From positions 1 through 28,960 of the forward strand of contig CAZKMH010000003.1 in assembly GCA_964553395.1 (NCBI GenBank): 28,960 bases of DNA. The letters are read 5' to 3'. How positions within the stretch are numbered: position 1 is the stretch's first letter; each line of letters starts with the position of its first letter. Positions 10,501-19,506 of this stretch are shown here, in pieces. This DNA comes from an uncultured Rikenellaceae bacterium. Its GTDB lineage: Bacteria > Bacteroidota > Bacteroidia > Bacteroidales > VadinHA17. A program made the translations under genes and the position numbers. Under the pieces are notes generated by a model. It made no database searches. It saw only the letters and a program-made list of their open reading frames with translations, and was not told the DNA's origin.

Positions 10501-10614
10501 AAGGAGCCGGTTCAGGAAAGCCTCAACAACCGCCCGCCTTTCCAAATCATTGGTTTGTGGTTTGCCAATGATAGCGAAGAGCTGCATAAGGGTTTCAAGG
10601 ATCTTTTCACTCAT
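7543..10614 (-). CDS. ABCG-type fused ABC transporter (N-terminal extension + ATPase + permease)
   Basis: Walker A GASGAGKS (aa 285-292), signature ISGGQ, Walker B MFLDE, H-loop VIHQ. C-terminal multi-pass membrane domain with ARWGYEAL. About 250 extra residues at the N-terminus. Confidence 0.88.
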   Translation of the reverse strand: MSEKILETLMQLFAIIGKPQTNDLERRAVVEAFLNRLLNQELVKEYLSKYDLAYNEAKKKLQKSSEERREGAIAIRIRKLCKEINEQGQLDQEQRIFVVIKALEFCKSGGKEVNSLELGFISTLAEGLNITGEEYSDIESFVLNSFDHIPDLQNILLINGNHKSGLKEAKHLYKELLRGQLWLLFVPSVKLYFVRFTESGELSMNGQLLMEDKVYPFGEGSSIKGYKIKPLYYWDVTMQFLKEDFQASRVVYEVNNVEYRFKTGQVGIHHMSFREESGRMVGIMGASGAGKSTLLSVLNGTNAPADGDVLINSINIYEDKEKIKGLIGYVSQDDLLIEELTVFENLYYNAKLCFDNLTDNEVTEKVDNVLKNLGLYEIRDMKVGTPLNKKISGGQRKRLNISLELIREPSIMFLDEPTSGLSSRDSENILDLLKDLTRKGKLLFIVIHQPSSDIFKMFDKLIILDTGGYLIYNGNPIESIEYFKRKIEQANYNESECYVCGNVNPEQIFNIVETRVFTESGQPTDIRRISPADWSNHYKAEKKEDLIEPGVSIPEINFKTPNKLNQLIVFIKRDLLSKFADTQYLIITLLEAPILALFLSLLIRYFDESAADPKYTLFENTNLPVFIFMSVIVAIFMGLTVSAEEIIKDRKILKREAFLNLSWNSYLLSKVFVQLGISAIQALTFVLIGNTITGIKGMLFEYWLVLFSCWAGANMLGLVISDSFKSVVTIYILIPFLVIPQIILSGIMVRFEKLNPKVSSPVSIPIYGELITARWGYEALAVKQFKDNDYEKQFYVFDKALSKAKFKKDYWHAEIKGRLESVASDLKRGTVSEESLKKLKVVYTELNKEALLTPEYKFDRIEYLKPDSVTGPIVAAALKNLEAIRRFYVKYSNEAKNRKDALISKLQSSDNKAFLKLRDDNANESLEEFVINKNEPDKVIEYRGEIKQKLDPIYMDPEHNFIKAHFYSPTKRIFGYDMGTYWVNVIVLWLMTFAFYFVLYFRLLKKLLDSGEAVMGKKYKGPE

Positions 10615-10855
10615 GGAAGGTCAGGCAATATTGATTTCAGACTATAAAATTAGTTTTTTGGTTGATATATTGGCTTATTAAGATCGAAGCCTGGTAACTT
10701 TTTTCCGGATCACACCCTTTATACGAATGAATAAAGAAAGGGTTGCACATTAATCCAGCGTCAGAATGGCATGAATTCCTTTTGCATTTAATGCCAAAAA
10801 GTCCCCGTTTGAGAACTGGCAGATTATTTGAAACTCCTGCCTAAAAGCTGTTAAT

Positions 10856-13447
10856 ATGAATTTAAACAATTTTACTCTAAAAGCTCAGGAGGCTGTTCAG
10901 AAAGCACTCAATATCGCTGCAGGAAAGGGACAACAGGCTGTTGAATGCTCCCATCTGCTCAAGGGGATTATGAGTGAGGCTGAGAGCATTGCCGGATTTC
11001 TTTTTGGTAAAATGGGTGTCGATTCAGGTCTGGTGACCCGTGATATCGACAGGCTGATCGATTCTTATCCCAAAGTATCTGGCGCTGAAGCATATCTCAC
11101 CACAGCCGTTTCAGAAGCTATGAGAAAAGCCAATGACCGCGCATCGGCCATGAAAGATAAATTCGTTACTCCGGAGCATCTCCTGATGGGTATTCTGGAT
11201 ACAAGTGACGAAGCGTCAGGAATATTGAAAGATCACGGGGTTACGATGAAAGGACTGAAATCGGCTGTTGACGAATTAAGAAAAGGAGCAAAAGTCGACA
11301 GTCAGACATCAGATGATACTTTCAATTCACTCAACAGATATGCTGTAAATCTGAATGAAAGAGCAAGATCAGGAAAACTTGATCCTGTGGTCGGACGAGA
11401 TGATGAAATACGGAGGATACTTCAGATACTGGAACGGCGCACCAAGAATAATCCGCTTATGATTGGAGAACCTGGTGTTGGGAAAACAGCAATTGCTGAG
11501 GGGATTGCACACCGGATCGTAAGGGGTGATGTGCCTGAAGACCTTAAATCCAAGACTATTTATTCACTCGATATGGGCGCCCTCATAGCAGGTGCAAAAT
11601 ATAAGGGTGAATTTGAAGAACGGCTGAAATCGGTTGTGAATGAGGTCATTGGCTCAAGCGGAGAGATTGTTCTTTTTATAGATGAGATTCATACACTGGT
11701 CGGAGCAGGCAAATCGGAAGGAGCAATGGATGCAGCCAATATACTTAAGCCTGCTCTGGCACGAGGCGAACTGAGGGCAATCGGAGCTACTACCCTCAAT
11801 GAGTACCAGAAATATTTCGAGAAGGACAAAGCCCTGGAAAGAAGGTTCCAGGTTGTAATGGTAGATGAACCCGGCAGGGATGAAACTGTTTCCATCCTTC
11901 GGGGAATCCGGGAGAAATATGAAGCACACCATAAAGTCATTATAAGGGATGAAGCCATAATTGCAGCAGTTGACCTCTCAACCCGTTACATTACCGACAG
12001 GTTCCTGCCCGATAAGGCAATTGACCTTATTGATGAAGCTGCCGCGAAACTCAGGCTGGAGATGAATTCAGTTCCGGAAGAGATAGATCTGGCTGACAGG
12101 ACCATAACCAGACTCGAAATTGAGAAGGAAGCTGTAAGGAGAGATGGCGATAAAGAAAAGGAAGAACATTTAGCCCAGGAACTTGCTGAACTTCAGTCAC
12201 ATAGAAATACACTGAGAGCTGCATGGAATTCGGAAAAAGATATGATCGGGAAAGCCCAGGAAAGAAAGGAAGCTGTCGATGCGCTGCGGTTCGAGGCTGA
12301 AAAGGCCGAAAGAGCAGGTGATTACGAAAAAGTGGCTGAAATACGATATGGAAAAATAACACAGCTTGAAAAAGAGATAGCAGCACTCAAGGATCAGATT
12401 GAAAAGAAGAGGAAAAAGGGATCACTCGTGCAGGAGGAAGTTCGATCAGAAGATATTGCGGAGATAGTTTCCAAGTGGACCGGGATTCCTGTTACCAGGA
12501 TGCTGGAAAGTGAAAAGGAAAAGCTCCTGAGGCTTGAAGTTGAACTGCATAAGAGAGTAGTAGGACAGGATGAAGCCATCATGGTAGTTGCCGACGCCGT
12601 CCGGAGATCACGAGCCGGATTGCAGGATCAGAAAAGACCGGTGGGATCATTTATCTTTCTCGGAACTACCGGTGTCGGGAAAACCGAGCTTGCAAGGGCG
12701 CTCGCTGAATTTCTCTTCAACGATGAAAACCTGATTACAAGGATCGATATGTCGGAATACCAGGAAAGACATTCGGTGTCGAGACTTATTGGCGCACCCC
12801 CCGGATATATAGGATACGAAGAGGGTGGACAACTTACAGAAGCAGTAAGGCATAAACCCTACTCAGTGGTGCTTCTTGACGAGATCGAGAAGGCACATCC
12901 CGATCTGTTTAACCTTCTGCTTCAGGTGCTCGACGATGGACGTCTGACCGATAATAAAGGCCGGACAGTGAATTTCAGGAACGTTATAATCATTATGACA
13001 TCCAATATCGGATCGGATGTCATCCGGGACAGGATGGAAAAATGGAATAATAAAATGCCGGAGAAAGAGGAGGAACTGCTGAGCAAAGAAATTTTCACAC
13101 TACTTAAAAAGGTTCTCCGTCCCGAATTTCTGAACCGTGTTGATGAGATAGTCCTTTTCAGACCCTTGAATCAGGAACAGATAAGGGAAATTGTAAAGCT
13201 TCAGCTTGGTAATTTAAGAAAGCTCCTTGAAAAAAGTAATATGGAGCTCGAAATGTCCGAAGAAGCAATCGATTGGCTCGCGGAGCACGGCTTTGACCCC
13301 CAGTCAGGCGCCAGACCGGTTAAACGACTTATACAGAAGGTGATAGTTAATGAATTGTCGAAGGAAATTATTTCAGGCAGAATATTAAGAGACTCGAAAG
13401 TAAAGATTTCAGTAGATAAGGACAAGCTTAAATTTAGTTTAGCCTGA
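10856..13447 (+). CDS. clpB: ATP-dependent chaperone ClpB
   Basis: Two AAA+ modules ([16 protein letters not shown]), [13 protein letters not shown], coiled-coil middle domain, [16 protein letters not shown]. Confidence 0.97.
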   Translation: MNLNNFTLKAQEAVQKALNIAAGKGQQAVECSHLLKGIMSEAESIAGFLFGKMGVDSGLVTRDIDRLIDSYPKVSGAEAYLTTAVSEAMRKANDRASAMKDKFVTPEHLLMGILDTSDEASGILKDHGVTMKGLKSAVDELRKGAKVDSQTSDDTFNSLNRYAVNLNERARSGKLDPVVGRDDEIRRILQILERRTKNNPLMIGEPGVGKTAIAEGIAHRIVRGDVPEDLKSKTIYSLDMGALIAGAKYKGEFEERLKSVVNEVIGSSGEIVLFIDEIHTLVGAGKSEGAMDAANILKPALARGELRAIGATTLNEYQKYFEKDKALERRFQVVMVDEPGRDETVSILRGIREKYEAHHKVIIRDEAIIAAVDLSTRYITDRFLPDKAIDLIDEAAAKLRLEMNSVPEEIDLADRTITRLEIEKEAVRRDGDKEKEEHLAQELAELQSHRNTLRAAWNSEKDMIGKAQERKEAVDALRFEAEKAERAGDYEKVAEIRYGKITQLEKEIAALKDQIEKKRKKGSLVQEEVRSEDIAEIVSKWTGIPVTRMLESEKEKLLRLEVELHKRVVGQDEAIMVVADAVRRSRAGLQDQKRPVGSFIFLGTTGVGKTELARALAEFLFNDENLITRIDMSEYQERHSVSRLIGAPPGYIGYEEGGQLTEAVRHKPYSVVLLDEIEKAHPDLFNLLLQVLDDGRLTDNKGRTVNFRNVIIIMTSNIGSDVIRDRMEKWNNKMPEKEEELLSKEIFTLLKKVLRPEFLNRVDEIVLFRPLNQEQIREIVKLQLGNLRKLLEKSNMELEMSEEAIDWLAEHGFDPQSGARPVKRLIQKVIVNELSKEIISGRILRDSKVKISVDKDKLKFSLA

Positions 13448-13453
13448 TCCGGG

Positions 13454-13789
13454 TTATCTCATCGACATCAAACATTCATCGACAGTTTCATAAATCTCAA
13501 ATACCGTGTGCAGGTTAAGGGTTTTGAAAACCCTGAGTACATCAGATTCAGGCCCGGCAAACTTCAGTATCCCATAATTATTTCTTGCTGATCTCATTAC
13601 TGAAAGGAAACACCCGTAACCGGTGCTGTCGATATAGTGTATACCCTTCAGATCTATTATCACCTTCGCATTGGCATTATCGAATACCTTGCTTATTTCA
13701 TCCTTCAGATCATCTGCAATAAGGGCATTGATCCTGTCTACAGAAAATGTAATTATATCAATTTTACCACGCTTTTCAATGTTGATCAT
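13454..13789 (-). CDS. STAS-domain anti-sigma factor antagonist
   Basis: VIIDLKGIHYIDSTGYG (DS(T)G phospho-serine motif) and typical STAS length (111 aa). Confidence 0.88.
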   Translation of the reverse strand: MINIEKRGKIDIITFSVDRINALIADDLKDEISKVFDNANAKVIIDLKGIHYIDSTGYGCFLSVMRSARNNYGILKFAGPESDVLRVFKTLNLHTVFEIYETVDECLMSMR

Positions 13790-14152
13790 TCATTTCTGTT
13801 TTAGCCTGTTATTTACCAAGTCATCCAGCTCATTAACAGCTTCAGAGGTATCATTGGCAAACCTTGTAATATATGATTCATATTTATCGGTTTCTATGCC
13901 CTCTTTGGCCTGCAGCTCAAGTGTCTTGAGCATGGAACCAAGATCATTCATACCCATAATCAAAACAGACGACTTCGCCTTATGAGCAAGGAGCCCGAGG
14001 GAATTATAATCCTTTTCCGAAAAAAGCTTTTTCATCTGGATATGAGTTTCTGCGACCTGATCACGGAACAAATTGACTAATTCACGAATTATTTCAGTGT
14101 CCCCGTCTGAAACCGAATCAAGATAATCAGTATTAATAAACTTATAATCCAT
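13790..14152 (-). CDS. Stand-alone Hpt (histidine phosphotransfer) protein
   Basis: All-helical, LGLLAHKAKSS with the phospho-accepting His, then G...L...LE. Its TGA directly abuts the STAS ATG (TGAATG). Confidence 0.85.
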   Translation of the reverse strand: MDYKFINTDYLDSVSDGDTEIIRELVNLFRDQVAETHIQMKKLFSEKDYNSLGLLAHKAKSSVLIMGMNDLGSMLKTLELQAKEGIETDKYESYITRFANDTSEAVNELDDLVNNRLKQK

Positions 14153-14204
14153 AACTGCAGGAAGTACTAATCAGGTTTATAGTTATTAAATGCATAGAAG
14201 ATAA

Positions 14205-14212
14205 CAAATATA
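14205..14212 (-). promoter_or_regulatory. -7 box of the Hpt-STAS operon
   Basis: CAAATATA on + reads TATATTTG on -, 52 nt before the Hpt ATG. Confidence 0.55.
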
Positions 14213-14313
14213 AAACTATTTATTCCGAACTAAAAATTTGAAACAGTGAGAATAGCGGATTTTTTGAAAACGTCAAATTAATACTACTTTTATAGTGTAA
14301 AAAACCGGATCCT

Positions 14314-16398
14314 ATGAAACATTTGTTTCCTTCCACGATTTTAGTATTAACTTTTCTGAATTCCTCATATCTGGGGGCGCAGACAGATATCAAAATCCGA
14401 AAGGATGAATTTAAAAACGACAAGCCCGGTTTCGAAGAAGCATGGAGTCATGTTAAAACCGGAGATGTTTTTTTTGCGGAAAGGGCAATATGGTATGGGA
14501 GCGCTTATGATGAATACAGGAAAGCCATCGTTTATAACAGCCTTAGCCCTGAATTAAATTACAAAACAGGTGCTGCAGCTCTGTTGTCAGATAACAAGGA
14601 TATGGCTGCGCAATATCTGACAAAGGCACTGGAACAGGACAGTGCACTGACAGACGATATTCTCCTCCTCACCGGCAGGGCTCTTCAATACTCCGGCAGA
14701 TACAATGAAGCGATCACTTGTCTGAATGGCTACCTCAATTCCGGTGTCAGTAAGACCAGACAAATGCTGGCCGATGCCACAAAATATCTTGAAGAATGCA
14801 ATTCGGCACTTGAAATTACAAAAGATACACTGAGGATCGAAATAAATAATATCGGTCCGAATATTAATTCCGGCGCTGATGACTATGCGGGAGTTTTTTC
14901 AGATGATAACAGTATCCTGTTTTTCGCCACACGTCGCGAAACTTCAAAATCCAGCATTTCCCTCGAAGATGCCAAATTTGATGAAAATATATTTTTCACC
15001 ACCTGGATTAATGATAGCTGGAGTCCATCGGCTTCAGCAGGAAATGACCTGAACACAGTCTACTGTGAAACGCCTCTGTATCTCAGTCAGACCGGCGATG
15101 AATTATTTGTTTATGCAGGGTATGAGAATGGAGGAGATATTAAACGATCCGTAAAAAAGAAAGGCACCTGGAGAACTCCGGAAACTGTTCCATTTAGAAT
15201 TAACACAGGCGGCTCCGAAACATCATTTACAATATCACCCTCAGGTAATGAAATATGGTATGTATCCGATAACAGGAAGGAGGGATTGGGTGGTAAAGAC
15301 ATTTATTTCGTTAAAAAGACAGGTGAAAATAAATGGTCCAGACCTGAGAATGCAGGTCCGGTCATAAATACTGTTTTTGATGAAGAATCCGTAAGGTTTT
15401 CGGAACTGGGCGACACATTGTGGTTTGGTTCCAGAGGCCATAACGCAATTGGAGGATTTGATATTTTCTATAGTGTAATGGATACAATGGGCATGTGGAC
15501 AAAAGCAACTAATTGCGGGTATCCGGTTAACACTCCCTGGGATGAACTGTTTTATATTCCCGCAAAAAGCAATAACAGGTCTTTTTACCTGGTTTCTAAC
15601 CGTACCGGAAGCATGGGCGGTCTCGATATTTTTCAGGGTATAATTGTGCCTCCGGAACCGGTAGCTGTTGTAATACCTCCGCCTCTTCCTGATACGATTA
15701 TTATAAGAGATACAGTATTGGTAATCAGGGAGGTAGTTCATACTCCGGTTGTGGTGCCCGAAAAGCCTGCGGAGATGGTTTTGTTCCTTACCGGGAATGT
15801 AAAAGATTCTGAGAATGGAGACCCCATAATGGCCAAGATTGACGTGATCGACCTTTCAACCGACCAGGTAATTGCAACTACTGCCAGCTCGGATGTCGAT
15901 GGAAGCTACAGGGTAAGACTTCCTGCAAAGAAATCATATATGGTCGATTTCAGGGGAGCCGGATATCTCTCAGATATGAAAAGGGTCGTTGTCCCGGAGA
16001 CTTATGCGGAAGAGTTTTTTAAACTGGATATGTCACTTATCAAAGTAAAGGTTGGAAAAAAGGTGGTTTTGAACAATATACTGTTTCAGACAGGAAAATC
16101 CATCCTTACAGCAGGTTCATATACCGAACTGGACCGCCTTCTCGGGATCCTCAGCGAAAATGCACTTATGAAAATAGAGATTTCGGGGCATACCGACAAC
16201 ACCGGAAGCCTGGCTCTTAATAACAAACTTTCTGAAGACAGGGCAAAAGCAGTTGTGGAGTACCTGATACAAAAAGGGATCGACAGCTCCCGTCTGGAAT
16301 TTAAAGGCTATGGCCCTCAGCAGCCAATTGCAGACAATTCAACATCCGCAGGCAGAACACAAAACAGGCGGGTTGAGTTTAAAATTCTTGAATTCTGA
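14314..16398 (+). CDS. OmpA-family envelope protein with TPR, PD40 beta-propeller and carboxypeptidase-regulatory-like domains (PorE-like architecture)
   Basis: Signal peptide, TPR-like helices, repeated GP.INT...E...F/S..G..L.F PD40 units, GGLDI motifs, C-terminal OmpA domain (GHTDNTG, LSEDRA, NRRVEF). Confidence 0.88.
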   Translation: MKHLFPSTILVLTFLNSSYLGAQTDIKIRKDEFKNDKPGFEEAWSHVKTGDVFFAERAIWYGSAYDEYRKAIVYNSLSPELNYKTGAAALLSDNKDMAAQYLTKALEQDSALTDDILLLTGRALQYSGRYNEAITCLNGYLNSGVSKTRQMLADATKYLEECNSALEITKDTLRIEINNIGPNINSGADDYAGVFSDDNSILFFATRRETSKSSISLEDAKFDENIFFTTWINDSWSPSASAGNDLNTVYCETPLYLSQTGDELFVYAGYENGGDIKRSVKKKGTWRTPETVPFRINTGGSETSFTISPSGNEIWYVSDNRKEGLGGKDIYFVKKTGENKWSRPENAGPVINTVFDEESVRFSELGDTLWFGSRGHNAIGGFDIFYSVMDTMGMWTKATNCGYPVNTPWDELFYIPAKSNNRSFYLVSNRTGSMGGLDIFQGIIVPPEPVAVVIPPPLPDTIIIRDTVLVIREVVHTPVVVPEKPAEMVLFLTGNVKDSENGDPIMAKIDVIDLSTDQVIATTASSDVDGSYRVRLPAKKSYMVDFRGAGYLSDMKRVVVPETYAEEFFKLDMSLIKVKVGKKVVLNNILFQTGKSILTAGSYTELDRLLGILSENALMKIEISGHTDNTGSLALNNKLSEDRAKAVVEYLIQKGIDSSRLEFKGYGPQQPIADNSTSAGRTQNRRVEFKILEF

Positions 16399-16403
16399 CC
16401 AAT

Positions 16404-17507
16404 ATGAAGAATACACCCTTCACCACCCTTCACCATACGTTGGGTGCAAGGATAATCCCGTTTGCCGGTTATAATATGCCAGTTGAATATACGGGTATAT
16501 ATGATGAACATATAACTGTAAGAGAGAAAGCAGGCGTTTTTGATGTCTCACACATGGGCGAATTCTATGTCACCGGTCCTTCATCTCTCGATTTTCTTCA
16601 GTACATAACTGCGAACGATGTGGCTGCCCTGTTTGACGGTAAGGTCCAGTATACATGCTTTCCGAACGGAAAAGGCGGGATAGTTGACGACCTTCTTGTT
16701 TACAGGTTTAATCCTGAGAAATACCTTCTTGTTGTGAATGCGGCAAATATTGAGAAAGACTGGAACTGGTGTGTGCAGAATGCAAGGAAATTCGGGATCA
16801 GGATTGGCAGGGATCTGATAAATGCTTCGGATGAAATCGCCCAGCTTGCAGTGCAGGGACCCCTTGCGTTGCAGATTGTACAAAAGCTTACAGATACAAC
16901 TGTTACCGGGATGCTGTATTATACTTTCACTGAATTTGAATTTGCAGGGATAAAGAATGTTTTATTCTCCATAACCGGTTATACGGGTGAAGGAGGATGT
17001 GAAATCTATGTGAGAAATGCTGATGGGCCGGCGCTCTGGAAGGCGATTTTTGATGCAGGAAGAGAATCCGGAATCAAACCTGCAGGGCTTGGTGCCCGCG
17101 ATACGCTAAGACTTGAAATGGGGTATTGCCTTTATGGAAATGATATAAATGATCAAACCTCACCGATCGAAGCAGGTTTGGGCTGGATCACCAAATTTAC
17201 TGATTCAAAGAACTTTATCGATAAGGAACTTTTATTGAAACAGAAAAATGAAGGTGTTGAAAAGCGGCTGAAGGGATTTGTTATGATCGAAAGGGGAATT
17301 CCCCGCCAGCATTATGAAGTTTTTGATTCTGCAGGTACCAGGATAGGAGAAGTTACTTCCGGAACAATGTCTCCCATGCTGAAACAGGGAATCGGAATGG
17401 GATATCTTGCAAAGGGATTCTGGAAACCCGGAACTGAAATATTTATTCGCATCAGAAACAAGGATCTGAAAGCGATTGTGACGGATCTTCCGTTTTACAA
17501 AAAATAA
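16404..17507 (+). CDS. gcvT: Glycine cleavage system aminomethyltransferase T
   Basis: [43 protein letters not shown]. Confidence 0.96.
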   Translation: MKNTPFTTLHHTLGARIIPFAGYNMPVEYTGIYDEHITVREKAGVFDVSHMGEFYVTGPSSLDFLQYITANDVAALFDGKVQYTCFPNGKGGIVDDLLVYRFNPEKYLLVVNAANIEKDWNWCVQNARKFGIRIGRDLINASDEIAQLAVQGPLALQIVQKLTDTTVTGMLYYTFTEFEFAGIKNVLFSITGYTGEGGCEIYVRNADGPALWKAIFDAGRESGIKPAGLGARDTLRLEMGYCLYGNDINDQTSPIEAGLGWITKFTDSKNFIDKELLLKQKNEGVEKRLKGFVMIERGIPRQHYEVFDSAGTRIGEVTSGTMSPMLKQGIGMGYLAKGFWKPGTEIFIRIRNKDLKAIVTDLPFYKK

Positions 17508-17512
17508 AGGCT

Positions 17513-17583
17513 TTAATGCCTTAACGCCCTGAACCCCTTACGCCCTACGCCCTGACGCCTTAACGCCTTAACACCTTAACGTC
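17513..17583. repeat. Degenerate 8-bp tandem repeat, 9 units, consensus TTAACGCC
   Basis: ttaatgcc ttaacgcc ctgaaccc cttacgcc ctacgcc ctgacgcc ttaacgcc ttaacacc ttaacgtc. Confidence 0.9.
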
Positions 17584-17600
17584 TTGATTAATTGACCCTG

Positions 17601-18317
17601 ATGAGTAAGAGAAAACTTGAAACCTGTTTATCACCGGCACTCTATGAACCTGAGCTTCACAATGGATCAATAGTCGTTATTATTGACGTTCTTCGTGCCA
17701 CATCAGCAATATGTACAGCTTTTGCAAACGGAGCATTTTCAATAATACCTGTTGCAGGTGTAGAGGAAGCCAGAGATTACAAGAACCGCGGATATCTTGT
17801 GGCGGCAGAACGTGATGGATTTGTTCTTGATTTCGCTGACTTTGGAAATTCACCTTTTAATTTCACCAGGGAAAAGATCGAAGGAAAGACTATAGTTTAC
17901 AGTACCACCAATGGAACCGGAATAATAAAACTGGCTTCAAAGGCAGATAAAATCGTTATTGGTTCTTATCTGAATATCACTGCGCTTACAGAATGGATAA
18001 TCAGATACGACAATGAGGTTGTTTTGTTCTGTGCCGGCTGGAAAAACAGATTTAATCTCGAAGATACAATGTGTGCCGGAGCAATTGGTGAAAGGCTTAT
18101 GGGGAGCTCCCTTTATTCAACAATCTGTGATTCGACCCATGCAGCTATTGATCTTTGGTCGCTCGCAAAAAACGATCCTCGCGGGTATATTGAGAAAACG
18201 GCACAACGTTCACGGCTGAGGGATAAGGGATTGGACGACTGTATTGATTTCTGTCTCACACCCGACTTTACGGAAAAGATACCTGTAATTAATAATGGGA
18301 TTCTTGTTAATTATTAG
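17601..18317 (+). CDS. comB: 2-phosphosulfolactate phosphatase family protein (ComB-like)
   Basis: IIDVLRATSAI, STTNGT, CAGW, LEDTMCAG. ATG at 17601 preferred over TTG at 17592. True substrate unknown. Confidence 0.88.
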   Translation: MSKRKLETCLSPALYEPELHNGSIVVIIDVLRATSAICTAFANGAFSIIPVAGVEEARDYKNRGYLVAAERDGFVLDFADFGNSPFNFTREKIEGKTIVYSTTNGTGIIKLASKADKIVIGSYLNITALTEWIIRYDNEVVLFCAGWKNRFNLEDTMCAGAIGERLMGSSLYSTICDSTHAAIDLWSLAKNDPRGYIEKTAQRSRLRDKGLDDCIDFCLTPDFTEKIPVINNGILVNY

Positions 18318-18371
18318 TTATAAAATAGGAGGTTTACTTTTAATCAGCAAGAGCAGCAACTCTTTTTTGTT

Positions 18372-18379
18372 TTATTTTT
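18372..18379 (+). promoter_or_regulatory. -7 box upstream of serC
   Basis: TATTTTTG matches TAnnTTTG, 44 nt before the ATG at 18424. Confidence 0.5.
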
Positions 18380-18423
18380 GCGATTATTTCTGAGCAACAT
18401 AACTTTTAAATTAATTACATATC

Positions 18424-19494
18424 ATGAAAAAACACAATTTTTATGCAGGCCCTTCAATTCTTCCTCAATACACAATTGACAGGACCATCGAAGGAATCAA
18501 GGATTTTGCCGGGTCTGGCTTATCAGTTCTCGAGATCTCTCACCGGAGCAAGGAATTCATTGCATGTATGAATGACGCGATTTCACTTGTAAGAGAGCTT
18601 CTGGATGTACCTTCCGGCTACCAGGTCATATTCATGGGTGGGGGTGCAAGCCTTCAGTTTGCAATGGTACCTTTGAACCTTATGAATAAGAAATCGGCAT
18701 ATCTGGTTACAGGCGAGTGGGCAACCAAAGCCTTCAAGGAAGGAAAGCTGTATGGTGAAGCGGTTGAAGTTGCTTCCTCAAAAGACAGGAACTTCAGCTA
18801 TCTCCCGAAGAATTATGTTGTGCCTTCAGATGCGGACTATTTTCATATTACCAGCAATAATACGATATTCGGAACAGAAATAAAGAAGGATCCGGATGTC
18901 AAAATTCCTCTGGTTGCCGATATGTCATCCGATATTTTCAGCCGTCCTGTGGATGTTTCAAAGTACTCTCTTATATATGCAGGAGCACAGAAAAACCTGG
19001 CCCCGGCCGGGGTTACATTGATCATAGTTAAAGAGGAAGTGCTCGGAAAAGTAACACGTCCGATCCCCACGATTCTCGACTACAGAACACATATAAAAGC
19101 AGAATCGATGTTCAATACACCACCGGTATTTGCCGTTTTCGCTGCACAACAAACCCTGAAGTGGCTGAAAGATCTTGGAGGTGTGAAAGTTATGCAGAAG
19201 AAGAATATCGAAAAGGCTCAGTTGCTATATGACGAGATCGACAGGAATAAATTATTCGTACCTACAATCAAGGATCCGGAGGATCGTTCAGTTATGAATA
19301 TTTGCTTTGTGATGGCTGATGAGTATAAGGCACTTGAACAACCATTTGCCGATTTTGCAAAATCCAGGGGAATGGTGGGAATCGCCGGACATCGTTCAGT
19401 AGGAGGTTTCAGAGCTTCAACGTATAATGCCCTCCCTCGTGAAAGTGTACAAGCCCTGGTTGATGCAATGAAAGAATTTGAAAAAAATAATTAG
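18424..19494 (+). CDS. serC: Phosphoserine aminotransferase
   Basis: [29 protein letters not shown] lysine in [24 protein letters not shown]. Confidence 0.96.
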   Translation: MKKHNFYAGPSILPQYTIDRTIEGIKDFAGSGLSVLEISHRSKEFIACMNDAISLVRELLDVPSGYQVIFMGGGASLQFAMVPLNLMNKKSAYLVTGEWATKAFKEGKLYGEAVEVASSKDRNFSYLPKNYVVPSDADYFHITSNNTIFGTEIKKDPDVKIPLVADMSSDIFSRPVDVSKYSLIYAGAQKNLAPAGVTLIIVKEEVLGKVTRPIPTILDYRTHIKAESMFNTPPVFAVFAAQQTLKWLKDLGGVKVMQKKNIEKAQLLYDEIDRNKLFVPTIKDPEDRSVMNICFVMADEYKALEQPFADFAKSRGMVGIAGHRSVGGFRASTYNALPRESVQALVDAMKEFEKNN

Positions 19495-19506
19495 AATTCC
19501 CTGTAT

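Noticed and set aside
14263-14277. TTTGA-N5-TCAAA palindrome in the Hpt/OmpA divergent region
   Set aside because: Short AT-rich arms in AT-rich DNA are expected by chance; no second copy found.
17513-17583. Possible mini-CRISPR array
   Set aside because: Units are 7-8 nt and contiguous with no spacers, and no cas genes are present.
18349-18370. Possible terminator after comB (aagag/ctctt plus T-tract)
   Set aside because: Only a 5-bp, AT-rich stem; too weak to call.
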